DNA of 64,000 nucleotides from an uncultured delta proteobacterium (GTDB lineage Bacteria; Desulfobacterota; Desulfuromonadia; Desulfuromonadales; DDH964): NCBI GenBank assembly GCA_963806685.1, contig CAWDZB010000022.1, positions 16,360 to 80,359 of the forward strand, read 5' to 3'. Shown piece by piece: positions 1 to 10,550 of this stretch (position 1 is its first letter; each line of letters starts with the position of its first letter). The notes under the pieces were generated by a model. It saw only the letters and a program-made list of their open reading frames with translations, ran no database searches and was not told where the DNA came from. The position numbers and the translations under genes were made by a program.

Positions 1-2764
1 AGGTGTTGTCGGCATTATGGTAGAAAACATCTCCAATATATGACGGATCTGAACCATTGACGAAAGTTCCGTCCGGCTGTTTGTCAAAACGGTACTGGTA
101 GTTTCCTGGCATGAGCAGGACAAGCATGTCGCTGTTGCCGCCCCAGCCACCAGTCGTAGCCGAAAAAGGTCCCCTTACCAAAGGCGCCGTACCCGTTGTC
201 CCCGGAGCGATAGGTCCTCTTGATCACCACTGGAATAAGCCCGTCAACCTGATAATCGATCTTTTCGTGAATGAAATAGCCCGTTGCCAGGTTGACCGGT
301 TCGCCAGCCTGGTTGGCGGGCCCACCTCCCCAGCGATTTTTACTGGAATCAGATGAATTAGAGGGTCCTCCACTAGCGGATCCACCAGAGCCAGAGGTTC
401 CGCCGGGCTAGTGGAGCCACCCGAATCGAAAGGGCCACCGGCACCAGAGGGGCTACCAGGGTCAGACTCACTGCCAGAGTCGGAAGAACCACTGGCACCA
501 GAGCCAGGACTGGTGCTCCCGTAGGTTGTCGCGCCGCAGCAAAACTTGGGAATGCCGGTGCCCGGATCGGCGACAATGTATTTGCCGTCCGGCGTGACTG
601 TGCCGGTACCGGCGATGGCCCAGTCGTTGGGGGCCATCCCATCGACTGGGCGACTCGTCGTAATACCAGAGGATGGCCTTTTCGCCAGGAAGCAAGCCGA
701 TGTCATTTCTTGCCTTGACTGGGATGGGGCGGTCGGCAACGCCGCCGCCGACCTTGTCGAAGAAAAACATGTAGACGGTGCGTGCAAAGACCCCCTTCGG
801 GAGGGGTTTGATCGGCAGGCGGTCGGTAGGCACGGTACGCACCGAAACCCGCAAGTTGCGCTTGCCGTCCCAGCCGGTGATGTTGACTCCGGCCGGGATG
901 CGCAATTCGAAACCCGGGACCTCTGAGTCGGTGAGGATGGTGTCGCGCCCCGGATCGATGGTGGCAAAGTTACGGGCCTTTTGCCGGTGGAGATAGGGCT
1001 GGAAAGGTAGGGGATTGACCATGTTGGGGAGGATGTCGACGCTGATCGGTATGGTCGGATAATGACCGCCCGGTTCATTAGCGGTCGAACCGTCCATAAG
1101 CACGACCCGTCGCCCAGCCGGGATGTTGTCAAGCCGAAACTCGCCGTAGCCATTCGTTCGCGTGGAGAGGTTTCCGACCTTGATCGTCACCCCTTCGATC
1201 GAAAACATTTCCGTGTTGAGAATCCGCCCGGTCAGCGAGCCGGTCCCCAGGGAAACGGTCGAGGCTGCGGCACCTTCAGCAGGGACTTCATTGGCGGCGA
1301 CAACCGCCAACGAGGCGCTATTGGAAGTCAGGGTGGTCTCGCCCTTGTTGGTGACGGAAACGAAATAGTTCCCCTCGGTGGCGATGAGGGATGGGGCGAC
1401 CGCGGCCTCCAGCACCGTGCTGCTGACGAACTTCACTTCGAGACGATGTCCGCTGATGCTGAGAGAGGAAGCCGGCATAAAATTCTTCCCCTCGACCCGT
1501 AGGTTGAAGGCCGGCCCGCCGACGGCCACGGTGGCGGGGACGACCGCCCTCACCTGCGGCAGTGGGGTCAGAATCCTGAAGGTCATCTCGTTTGAGGCGC
1601 CCCCTCCCGGAGCAGGGTTGTTGATCTTAACCGAAACTTCCCCGGGAAGCTCGAGGGCACTTGACGGGACGTTAGCTTGAAGCTGCTCATTGTTCTCAAA
1701 AGTTCCGGTGAGGGGTTTATCGCCGAATCGGGTTTCCGAGTCCCGGATAAATTTCGAACCGCTCAGGGAGAGAGAGACGCCATCATCCCCGGCGGTAGCG
1801 TCCTTTAGGAAGGATATCCTTAAGTTCGGGGACGGGGTTTTCCATTTGCACCAAGGCGAGATTGTTGCCATGCCCCACCAGGGCCAGGTTGCGGGCGGGG
1901 TCGACCGCCAGGGGGCCGATCTCCTCGAAAAGGCGCACCGTCTCCACCAGGACGCCCTTGGTCAGGTCGACGATCGCCAGGGTGCCGCCGGCCGCAGCGA
2001 GAAAGGCGGCATGGGTGGAAGGGTTGACGGCGATGACCTCGGGCTGGGTTCATCGGCACGGTGCCGAGAGGTTGCAATGTTTTCCGGTCAATGAGCAACA
2101 ATTCCGGTCGCCCTTTGAGGGTGAGCAGAAGCAGCCCAAGCTCCTCGTCCTGATCCAGGCTGGCCACCTCCCCCTCCAAGGTCACAGCTTATTCACCTGC
2201 CCGGTTGTCGGATCCACGAGCAGCAGGTTGTCGCCTTCCTCATTCCGTGGCCAATAACAGGACTCTTGCCCCGGCAAGATTTTGACGGCCTGGCCTGGGA
2301 TCTCGTGGAACGGCGAAAGCACCCCGTTCACCAATCGATCTCTTCAGCCCGCCGTCCAGGCCCAAGACGGCTTCCTGGCGGTCTTCATCCACCGCCACCT
2401 TATGGACGGCTTCCCCGACCTCGATGGACTTCTTCAGCTCTCCCCTGGCAAGGTCGAACATCCACAGTGAGCCTTGTCGGAAACAACCAGCGCCTGGTTG
2501 CCGCCCCGGTAAACGGCCAGACCCGTCGGTGTTTCCGAAAGCGGCACTTCGGCAGTAATGGCGGCAGAGGCGAGGTCGAGGAGGGTGAGCCTGCTTCCTT
2601 CCCTGCTGACAACGGCAGCGGTGTCGGTGGCGGGGTTGACGCGACAATGGAGGCCTTCGATTCCAGAAAAACCTCCGCGGAGAACCGGTAGTCGTAGCCC
2701 TGTGCCACGGCGCAGAACAGCAGAAGATTGTCAACATCCCCAGAGTTGCGCCTCTGAACCGCAT
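1..2764 (-). pseudogene. Giant exported RHS/YD-type protein, multiply frameshifted, continuing past the left edge: signal peptide, YVTN/YncE-like beta-propeller, 2 IPT/TIG, carboxypeptidase-regulatory-like domain, S/G/P linker, DUF6531-like start
   Basis: Frames joined by hand give MRFRGATLGMLTI/LLLFCAVAQG, then VNPATDTAAVVS...LTLLDLAS, AVNPSTHAAFL...AVDPARNLALV, INNPAPGGGASN, GSLTGRILNTE...TNGYGEFRLDNIPAG, IPKFCCGAT, GEPVNLATGYFIHEKIDY...KRTYRSGD...GAFGKG. At least nine frame changes. Confidence 0.75.
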
Positions 2765-2831
2765 GGTAAAACCCTCCCCTCGCCTTCAAATCCTCTACTG
2801 ACAAAAAAGCCTGCATGTCCCCAAATCATTT

Positions 2832-4118
2832 TCAATTCATTGCACTCCTAAGCAGATTTCCGGGAATTTCCTTGCCGGACTTGGTGATATAGACCGTCTT
2901 AGCTTTACCGCCCATTGTCGTTGCCACCCGAACCTTGTCGATCTCCTCTCCGTTCCAGAGCATCGCCTGTTGCACGGTGAAAGTTGCTTCTGCAGTGACG
3001 ATGTTCGAATATGAAGTTGAGAGAGTCACATTGGCGGTAGCGGTCGAAGCATGGTCGGTTCCGGCGAGAGTAGCATTGACACTGGTGGCACTGCCGTATT
3101 GCGGAAGGACCCAGACCTTTACCGTGGTACCGACGGGTATGTTGGCAGCCGCTACATCCACGGCTACTGGATTGACCGTGGTATCCGGAAGGGTGATATC
3201 GGGTTGGTTGTAGGCACCGACAGGGTTGGCAGGTACAGGCTCTCCGGCAATGGAGGTGATACTAATGCTCGGAGGATTTGCAACAAAAATGCTACTGGGA
3301 TCTCCAAAAGTATATGCGGGGTTCGTACTCGCCGTTCTACTGATTGTGGTTGCTTCCAGACGGATACGTCCCAAGCCCCCGTTGGCACCGCAACTAGTGC
3401 CTCCAACTGCCGAGATGGTTCCGTTACCCATAATGCTGTTGGCCATCAGCTTAATTGCTCCACCACTGCCCTAGCCACCGAGGCATTGGCTACCCTGGCC
3501 ACCATTGGCCGTAATCGAGCCGATGACATTGATAGTGCCTGACGAAGCAATCAGGATCCCGCCGCCACCGCCCGCGCCATTTCGTCTGGTGTCCCCCCCC
3601 CCACCACCACCGCCTGACCCTCCAATAAGGGGCAACAGCCTTTCGCTGCCGTAAATGCCCCCCCCTGGCGCACCACTTCCGCTTCCACCGCCAGTACTGT
3701 ATCCGCCGCCGCCGCCACCTAATCCACCTCCGGTGCCGCCGCCAGGGCCCTGGCCTCTTCCACCGGCCGCTGATGTGCCGGCTGCAAAACCTCCATCGAA
3801 ACCACCCGGCCCCCCCTTGCCAACGTCTGTACTCGCTCCCGAGCTGCCATTTACGCTGATGGTTCCAGTAATATTCACATCACCCGATGCAAGGATGTAA
3901 ACAGGAGTATTGTCCTGATTCTTTTGAAAAGTGACCGTCACGCCAGAAGGGATATCGACTGTCGTATAATTAAGAATTCCGTCAGTCGGTAATACGACAA
4001 CTATATCGGACGCTGGAGAAAAGGCTCCATCAGCCCCGGTACTACCACTGTCAAATTGTGCAAAGGCTGTATTCCTGCAAAACAAAAAAATGATTCCAAC
4101 CATGAGCAATCTTTTCAT
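2832..4118 (-). pseudogene. Secreted glycine-rich protein (about 428 codons) interrupted by an in-frame TAG at 3471-3473
   Basis: ORFs 3471-4118 and 2832-3446 share a frame: GGT GGC TAG GGC AGT GGT GGA GCA ATT AAG CTG ATG. Signal peptide ending AFA-QFDSGSTGADG; RBS AGGAGG. Confidence 0.75.
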
Positions 4119-4154
4119 TTTTTCCTCCTTTTCACCTAGATTGAGGGTTTTCCT

Positions 4155-5309
4155 TCATTGGATTTCCACTGAAACCGGATCAGATATAGTTGTTGATGAA
4201 TTATCAATGGGTGTATCTAAGTGGACACTTACCTGGTTGGTCATTTTGATTGTGAAATAACTGGGAGCTGAATCTATATGCACACTCACAGCAGTAGAAA
4301 GACCCGAAAAGAGGCCAGAAGAAGGAGCATCAAGATGAACGCTCACCGGGTAACCAGAGATTTGAGCAGTCCATTCCTGAGGCAAAGGGGGATTCAAAAA
4401 CACACTTACCGGAAGAGAAATAAAGGGCGAGGATCCAACAGAAGGGGTATCAATATGTACACTCACCGGATGCGCAGATGTGGGACATTGACTCTCCTGG
4501 AGCGTTTCTAAGTGGACGCTGACTTTACCTGCTGTGAGACCGGCTACATCCCCCGAAAAGGGCGGTCCAACAATCACTACTGATCGCGGATCTCCAGCAC
4601 TTATCATTGCAACGCCTTCCTGGAGCCCATCTACAGAAAAATTCATCGTGCCGGTACTGGGGATGGTGAGTGTAGAGGGAGCGCTTACAATTGTTGGGTT
4701 ATGGTTATTCAGATTAATTGTCAGTGGGTTACTCAAAGGGGGGTCAATGCTTACAGAAAGGTCCCCACTAGTACCGGGAATTATTGCCAGCTGCCCTGGA
4801 GTGAATTCCAAAGCTGAACTAGAGAGTGTTACATTGCGGCTAGCAGTTCCGTAAGGAGTAATTACCGTAATGGTTGCTCCGCCAGTAGATGACGCAGTCA
4901 TTTCGGCAGTGATTTCGGAATCGGTGACCCATACCCTATTTATATTTACGGTAGGGTTATCTGAAATGATCGAATCGGTAGCGAGAAGATTTTCTCCAGA
5001 AATTCTAACGAGAAGTGTCGAGTCGACAAAAAGAACGTTCGGACTTATACTATTTATAATTGGTGGAGAAGCAACGGTAGTCGAGCTATTGACGGAAACC
5101 AAATTCCCCAATTGGTCATAGTGATATATTGCACCTGAGGTACCTTTGATGACCCGGGTCAACCGGCCAGCATCGTCATAGTGGTAGCTGGCCGAGTCGC
5201 CAAAGGTAGGCTGCGGCCCAATGCAGAACCATAGAAATAATGTGAGTCCTGCAATAGCTGAGCTAGCGATTATTCTCGAACTGGAAGTCAATCTCCCAAA
5301 TCGCCCCAT
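4155..5309 (-). CDS. Exported protein with an N-terminal YD/RHS repeat pair, IPT/TIG-like domain and C-terminal VSVH repeats
   Basis: Hydrophobic leader, YHYDDAGRLTRV...YHYDQLGNLVSV, PIINSISPN...ISGENL...ITVITPYG; RBS GAGGAGG. Confidence 0.8.
   Translation of the reverse strand: MGRFGRLTSSSRIIASSAIAGLTLFLWFCIGPQPTFGDSASYHYDDAGRLTRVIKGTSGAIYHYDQLGNLVSVNSSTTVASPPIINSISPNVLFVDSTLLVRISGENLLATDSIISDNPTVNINRVWVTDSEITAEMTASSTGGATITVITPYGTASRNVTLSSSALEFTPGQLAIIPGTSGDLSVSIDPPLSNPLTINLNNHNPTIVSAPSTLTIPSTGTMNFSVDGLQEGVAMISAGDPRSVVIVGPPFSGDVAGLTAGKVSVHLETLQESQCPTSAHPVSVHIDTPSVGSSPFISLPVSVFLNPPLPQEWTAQISGYPVSVHLDAPSSGLFSGLSTAVSVHIDSAPSYFTIKMTNQVSVHLDTPIDNSSTTISDPVSVEIQ
4158..4527 (-). repeat. Seven degenerate peptide repeats of about 19-21 aa with core [PKAQ]VSVH[LI][DE]
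   Basis: KVSVHLE, PVSVHID, PVSVFLN, PVSVHLD, AVSVHID, QVSVHLD, PVSVEIQ-stop. Confidence 0.85.
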
Positions 5310-5402
5310 TGAGCCCTCCTCGGATCAAACTTCTTTTCAACATAACTAAATCGTCAATTTATTTGTGCAACAGCCTATCTATAGGCAATGGTTATTAGGA
5401 CG

Positions 5403-5448
5403 CAAATGCGGGGAAACAGCTCTTAAATTGGCTGTTTCCCCGCATTTG
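5403..5448. repeat. Perfect 18-bp inverted repeat with 10-nt loop upstream of the YD operon
   Basis: CAAATGCGGGGAAACAGC-tcttaaattg-GCTGTTTCCCCGCATTTG. Confidence 0.85.
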
Positions 5449-5760
5449 TAGTTTTTCAGTATTGGAAAATTCATCGTCCCCCCCCTCTCAGCACTGAACC
5501 TATTCATCATGATTTAAAAATTTCCAATCTTGGCACTTTAACACTCCATTTTTGTTTTTCAACCTGATTGGAAAATTTTTTAAATTTTTCCTTCCCATCA
5601 ATGTTCCCCCATCCCTCCATGCCATTTCAAATCACTCGCCCTGCCCCACGTATCGGATCCTACTACTAAAGCGCCTCAGAGACTAAATTTCGCGGCATGA
5701 GCGCCATTCGCTATAGCCGGCCCCAATGCGTCCCCACCACCGCCCAAGACAGTCTCCTCT

Positions 5761-5796
5761 CATTGCTCAATCTATTGCCAAATTTATTGCCAATTC
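5761..5796. repeat. Three direct repeats at 12-bp period near the tRNA-Glu 3' end (possible integrase arm-type sites)
   Basis: CATTGCTCAATC / TATTGCCAAATT / TATTGCCAATTC. Confidence 0.5.
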
Positions 5797-5810
5797 ACCC
5801 GCACCAACGA

Positions 5811-5844
5811 AAAAAGGCCCCGGAATTTCTTCCGAGACCTTTTT
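5811..5844 (-). terminator. Likely intrinsic terminator after the tRNA-Lys/Glu operon
   Basis: Imperfect hairpin AAAAAGGCCCCGGAA-tttc-TTCCGAGACCTTTTT with A/T tracts. Confidence 0.6.
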
Positions 5845-5851
5845 CCTTGTT

Positions 5852-5929
5852 TGGCGTCCCCAGGGGGATTCGAACCCCCGTCGCCGGCGTGAAAGGCCGG
5901 TGTCCTGGGCCAGGCTAGACGATAGGGAC
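5852..5929 (-). tRNA. tRNA-Glu (TTC)
   Basis: GTCCCTATCGTCTAG...CCGGC-CTTTCAC-GCCGG...GGTTCGAATCC...GGGGACGCCA; cloverleaf with encoded CCA. Confidence 0.97.
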
Positions 5930-5986
5930 TTGAAGAACTTCAAGCACCCAGCGGGAAATGACCCCGCAGTGGTACGGGTTGTAAAA

Positions 5987-6062
5987 TGGTGAGCCGGGGG
6001 GGGATCGAACCCACGACCATCTGATTAAAAGTCAGATGCTCTACCAACTGAGCTACCGGCTC
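5987..6062 (-). tRNA. tRNA-Lys (TTT)
   Basis: GAGCCGGTAGCTCAGTTGGTAGAGCATCTGA-CTTTTAA-TCAGA...GGTTCGATCC...CCGGCTCACCA. Confidence 0.97.
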
Positions 6063-6074
6063 ACAAGGAATGAC

Positions 6075-6103
6075 TTTATACAGAAATCCGCTTCTTGCGT
6101 CAA
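6075..6103 (-). promoter_or_regulatory. sigma70 promoter of the tRNA operon
   Basis: TTGACG-N17-TATAAA just upstream of tRNA-Lys. Confidence 0.75.
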
Positions 6104-6129
6104 CCTTTTTTTCTTTTTCCCGCCGGGAT

Positions 6130-7446
<1,317 letters not shown>

Positions 7447-8733
7447 TTACAGCGAAAAATCCGCGGCCAGCACCCGGGCCGGGGCCAGGCGTTGCCGACT
7501 GCCGTCGGCCAGCCGGATAAGCTCCAGGTCGGTGTCGGCTTCGCCGAGGACCAGGACGTAACGGTAGTTCATCTGCCCTGCGTAATCGAGGGTCGCCTCG
7601 AGATTGCGGGGAATAATATCGCGAGCCGCCGAGTAGCCCCGAGCCCGCAGGGCATGGGCGATGCGCTGGGCCTGCTCCTTGTCGGCCCCGGACTGGAAGA
7701 TCAACACGTCGGTGGTCTGGCTGGCGACGCCGTCGAGTTCATGGTCGAGGGCAAAAAGGAGGTTGAGCAGGTTGAAGGTGAAGCCGGTCGCCGGGGCCGG
7801 AAAGCCGTAGCGGGCGGTCAGGTTGTCGTAGCGGCCACCGCTGCAGACCGCCCGGCCGAAGCCGGTCAGGTAGCCCTGGAAGGTCACGCCGGTATGGTAA
7901 TCCAGGCCGCGCAGTTCGCCGAGGTCGAGGGTGACGTGCTCCTCGACGCCGTAGACGGCGAGGATCTCGAGAATTCGGGCCAGGCTGTCCAGCGCCCGCC
8001 GCGAGCGGTCGTTGCTGACCACGCCGGCGGCGCGGTCGAGGACTTCGCGGCCGCCGAACAGTCGCGGCAGCGCCAGCACCTCCTCGCGGGCACGATCGGA
8101 GAGCGGGGCACGTTCGAGCAGTTGCGCCAGGGTGGAACTGTCCTTGCGGGCAATCGCCGCCTGGACCTCGCGGGCCTGCTCCGGAGAGATGGTGAGATCG
8201 GCCATCACGCCGCGGAAGAACTCCACCTGGCCGACGTCGATGGTGAATTCGGCGGCGTCGAGAGCCTGCAGGGACTCAACCGCCATGGCGATCATTTCGG
8301 CATCCGCTTCCGGGCTGGCAAGGCCGATCAGTTCGACCCCGGCCTGGAAGATTTCGCGGTCCTTGCCGGCCTGCTGCTCGGTGTGGCGCAGTACCTGACC
8401 ACTGTAGCAGAGCCGCAGCGGCAACGGCATCTCGCGCATGCGGGTGGCGACGATGCGGGCGATCTGCGGGGTGATGTCGGGCGTGAAGGCGACCAGCCGG
8501 CCGCTCTGGCGATCGTCGAAGCGGAAGGTCTTCTCCCGCAGACCGGCGCCGAGGCCTCGCTCCAGCACGTGGAGAAATTCCAGCGAGGCAGGGATGATCG
8601 GGCGGAAACCCCAACGACCGAAGAGTTCGCCCAGGGTCTGGCGGAGATAGTCGATCTTGGCCGCCTTGACCGGCAGGAAATCCTTGACCCCCTTGGGAAG
8701 CATCACTTCGGGGGCGGTATCGGTGGTCATCAT
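7447..8733 (-). CDS. hisZ: ATP phosphoribosyltransferase regulatory subunit
   Basis: HisRS-like: LPKGVKDFLP, PDITPQIAR, REIFQAGVELIG, YHTGVTF, GGRYDNL; lies next to purA. Confidence 0.92.
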   Translation of the reverse strand: MMTTDTAPEVMLPKGVKDFLPVKAAKIDYLRQTLGELFGRWGFRPIIPASLEFLHVLERGLGAGLREKTFRFDDRQSGRLVAFTPDITPQIARIVATRMREMPLPLRLCYSGQVLRHTEQQAGKDREIFQAGVELIGLASPEADAEMIAMAVESLQALDAAEFTIDVGQVEFFRGVMADLTISPEQAREVQAAIARKDSSTLAQLLERAPLSDRAREEVLALPRLFGGREVLDRAAGVVSNDRSRRALDSLARILEILAVYGVEEHVTLDLGELRGLDYHTGVTFQGYLTGFGRAVCSGGRYDNLTARYGFPAPATGFTFNLLNLLFALDHELDGVASQTTDVLIFQSGADKEQAQRIAHALRARGYSAARDIIPRNLEATLDYAGQMNYRYVLVLGEADTDLELIRLADGSRQRLAPARVLAADFSL

Positions 8734-8781
8734 GAAAGTATCCGGCTGCGGGCTAAGACCGGGAAGCGCCCCGGTTTCCGC

Positions 8782-10365
8782 TCAAATTTCGATCTGGACG
8801 GCAGAAAGGATATGGGCATTGCTGCGCAATTCACTCAGCGCCGCTTCGGGAATCCGGCTGTCGACGTTGATCAGGGAAATGGCCCGGCCCTTGATCTTGC
8901 GCCGGGAGAGATTCATCATCGCGATATTGACCCGGGCCTTGGCCAGCACTTGGCCGATGAAGCCGATCACCCCGGGGCGGTCGTGGTTGTGGAGCACCAG
9001 GATATGCCCTTCCGGCACCGCCTCGACATGATAATCGTCGACCCGCACGATCCGGAAGTCGTTCTCGCCGAAGACCGTACCGCAGACCGAGCGTTGGCCG
9101 TCGAGGCCGGAAACGGTGAGACGGATGATGTTGGCAAACCCCTCGGTGTTGCTGCTGCGCGCCTCGATCACGCGGATCCCCCGCTCCTGGGCGATATGCG
9201 GCGCGTTGACGTAGTTGACCATGGCGCCGGTGGCCGGCGTCAGCAGTCCCTTGAGGAGGGCGAGGGTCAACGGTCCGGTGGGGTGTTCGGTCACCGTCCC
9301 GGCATATTCGATGGCGACGCTCTGCAGCCCCCGGGAACAGAGCTGGGCCTGGAAGGCGCCGAGACGCTCTGCGAGGTCGACCCAGGGACGGATCTGCGCC
9401 AGCAGTTCGCTGCTCACCGAAGGGACGTTGAGGGCATTGACGATTTCACCGCGCTGCAGAAAATCGACGATCTGCCGGGCCACCTGGACGGTGACGTTGA
9501 TCTGGGCATCGACGGTCGCCGCCCGCAGGTGGGGGGTGCAGATCACCTGATCGAGAGTCCAAAGCGGATTGTCCTGCTCCGGCGGTTCCTTGGCGAAAAC
9601 GTCGAGGGCCGCGCCGGCCACCCGCCCGGAAACCAGGGCCCGGTAGAGGGCCTCCTCGTCCACCAGCCCGCCCATGGCGCAGTTGACAACCCGGCAGCCG
9701 GGCTTGACCCGGGCCAGTGCTTCTTCGCCGAGCAGCCCTTCGGTTTCGACATTGAGCGGGATGTGCAGGGTGATGAAATCGGAGCGTTCCAGCAGTTCGT
9801 CGAAATCGACCGGCTCGGCACCGATCTGGCGGACCATCTCCTCGGCCAGGTAGGGGTCATGGACGATGACCCGCATCTTCAGCCCCAAGGCCCGCTCCAC
9901 AACCAGCCGGCCGATCTTCCCGGACCCGATCACGCCCAGGACCTTGCCGCAGATCTCGACGCCGAGAAAACGGTCCTTTTCCCAGCGCCCGGCCTTGGTC
10001 GAACGGCTCGCCTCGGGGATCTGCCGGGCCAGGGCCATAAGCATCGCGATAGTGTGCTCGGCGGTGGTGGTGGTACTGCCGAAGGGGGTATTCATCACCA
10101 CCACCCCCTTGCGGTTGGCGGCGGCAAGATCCATGTTCTCGATGCCGATGCCGGCGCGGCCGACGACCCTGAGCCGGCCGGCAGCCTCGAAGACCTCGGC
10201 AGTCACCTGAGTCCCACCGCGCACCACCAGAGCCTCGGCATCGGCGACCTCGCGCAGCAAGTCGGCCGCCAAAATCCCCGGATGGTAGGCCAGCTCGATC
10301 CCTTCGGCCTGCTCGAAGACGGCGAGTCCTTCCGGGGAGAATCTGTCGGAAACAAGTACCTTCAT
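8782..10365 (-). CDS. serA: D-3-phosphoglycerate dehydrogenase
   Basis: MKVLVSD, GRAGIG, AEHT, GSGKIG, TPHL, C-terminal ASB/ACT (HDRPGVIG). Confidence 0.95.
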   Translation of the reverse strand: MKVLVSDRFSPEGLAVFEQAEGIELAYHPGILAADLLREVADAEALVVRGGTQVTAEVFEAAGRLRVVGRAGIGIENMDLAAANRKGVVVMNTPFGSTTTTAEHTIAMLMALARQIPEASRSTKAGRWEKDRFLGVEICGKVLGVIGSGKIGRLVVERALGLKMRVIVHDPYLAEEMVRQIGAEPVDFDELLERSDFITLHIPLNVETEGLLGEEALARVKPGCRVVNCAMGGLVDEEALYRALVSGRVAGAALDVFAKEPPEQDNPLWTLDQVICTPHLRAATVDAQINVTVQVARQIVDFLQRGEIVNALNVPSVSSELLAQIRPWVDLAERLGAFQAQLCSRGLQSVAIEYAGTVTEHPTGPLTLALLKGLLTPATGAMVNYVNAPHIAQERGIRVIEARSSNTEGFANIIRLTVSGLDGQRSVCGTVFGENDFRIVRVDDYHVEAVPEGHILVLHNHDRPGVIGFIGQVLAKARVNIAMMNLSRRKIKGRAISLINVDSRIPEAALSELRSNAHILSAVQIEI

Positions 10366-10430
10366 CGGGCCCCTGTCGGTTCCTCGAAGGCCCAAAAATA
10401 CCGGGCCAACGGGCTGCGCACCAACGTGGT

Positions 10431-10459
10431 AAGTTAGCAACCCGCCGGGGGGATGTCAA
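10431..10459 (-). promoter_or_regulatory. sigma70 promoter of serA-hisZ-purA
   Basis: TTGACA-N17-TAACTT. Confidence 0.6.
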
Positions 10460-10509
10460 GACCAAAGCCCGGTTGCCGGAAGCTGCCGTTGCCCCCGGGG
10501 GGGGCAACG

Positions 10510-10534
10510 AAAAAGCCCCGTCCGCAGACGGGGC
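10510..10534 (-). terminator. Intrinsic terminator after the cold-shock gene
   Basis: GCCCCGTC-loop-GACGGGGC followed by a T tract on the minus strand. Confidence 0.7.
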
Positions 10535-10550
10535 CCGGGTTCGGCGCTAG

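Larger units (their letters stand above)
1..5851. mobile_element. Probable genomic island (right part), bounded by the 3' end of tRNA-Glu
   Basis: Visibly AT-richer than the host over about 2800-5700; accessory RHS/YD genes; abuts the CCA end of tRNA-Glu; short direct repeats at 5761-5796. No integrase in the window. Confidence 0.6.

Noticed and set aside
5990-6015. T-stem mismatch in tRNA-Lys (GTGGG/CCCCC) suggesting a pseudo-tRNA or att scar
   Set aside because: A single mismatch within a G8 run; the rest of the cloverleaf, promoter and CCA are intact, so natural variation or a base error is more likely.
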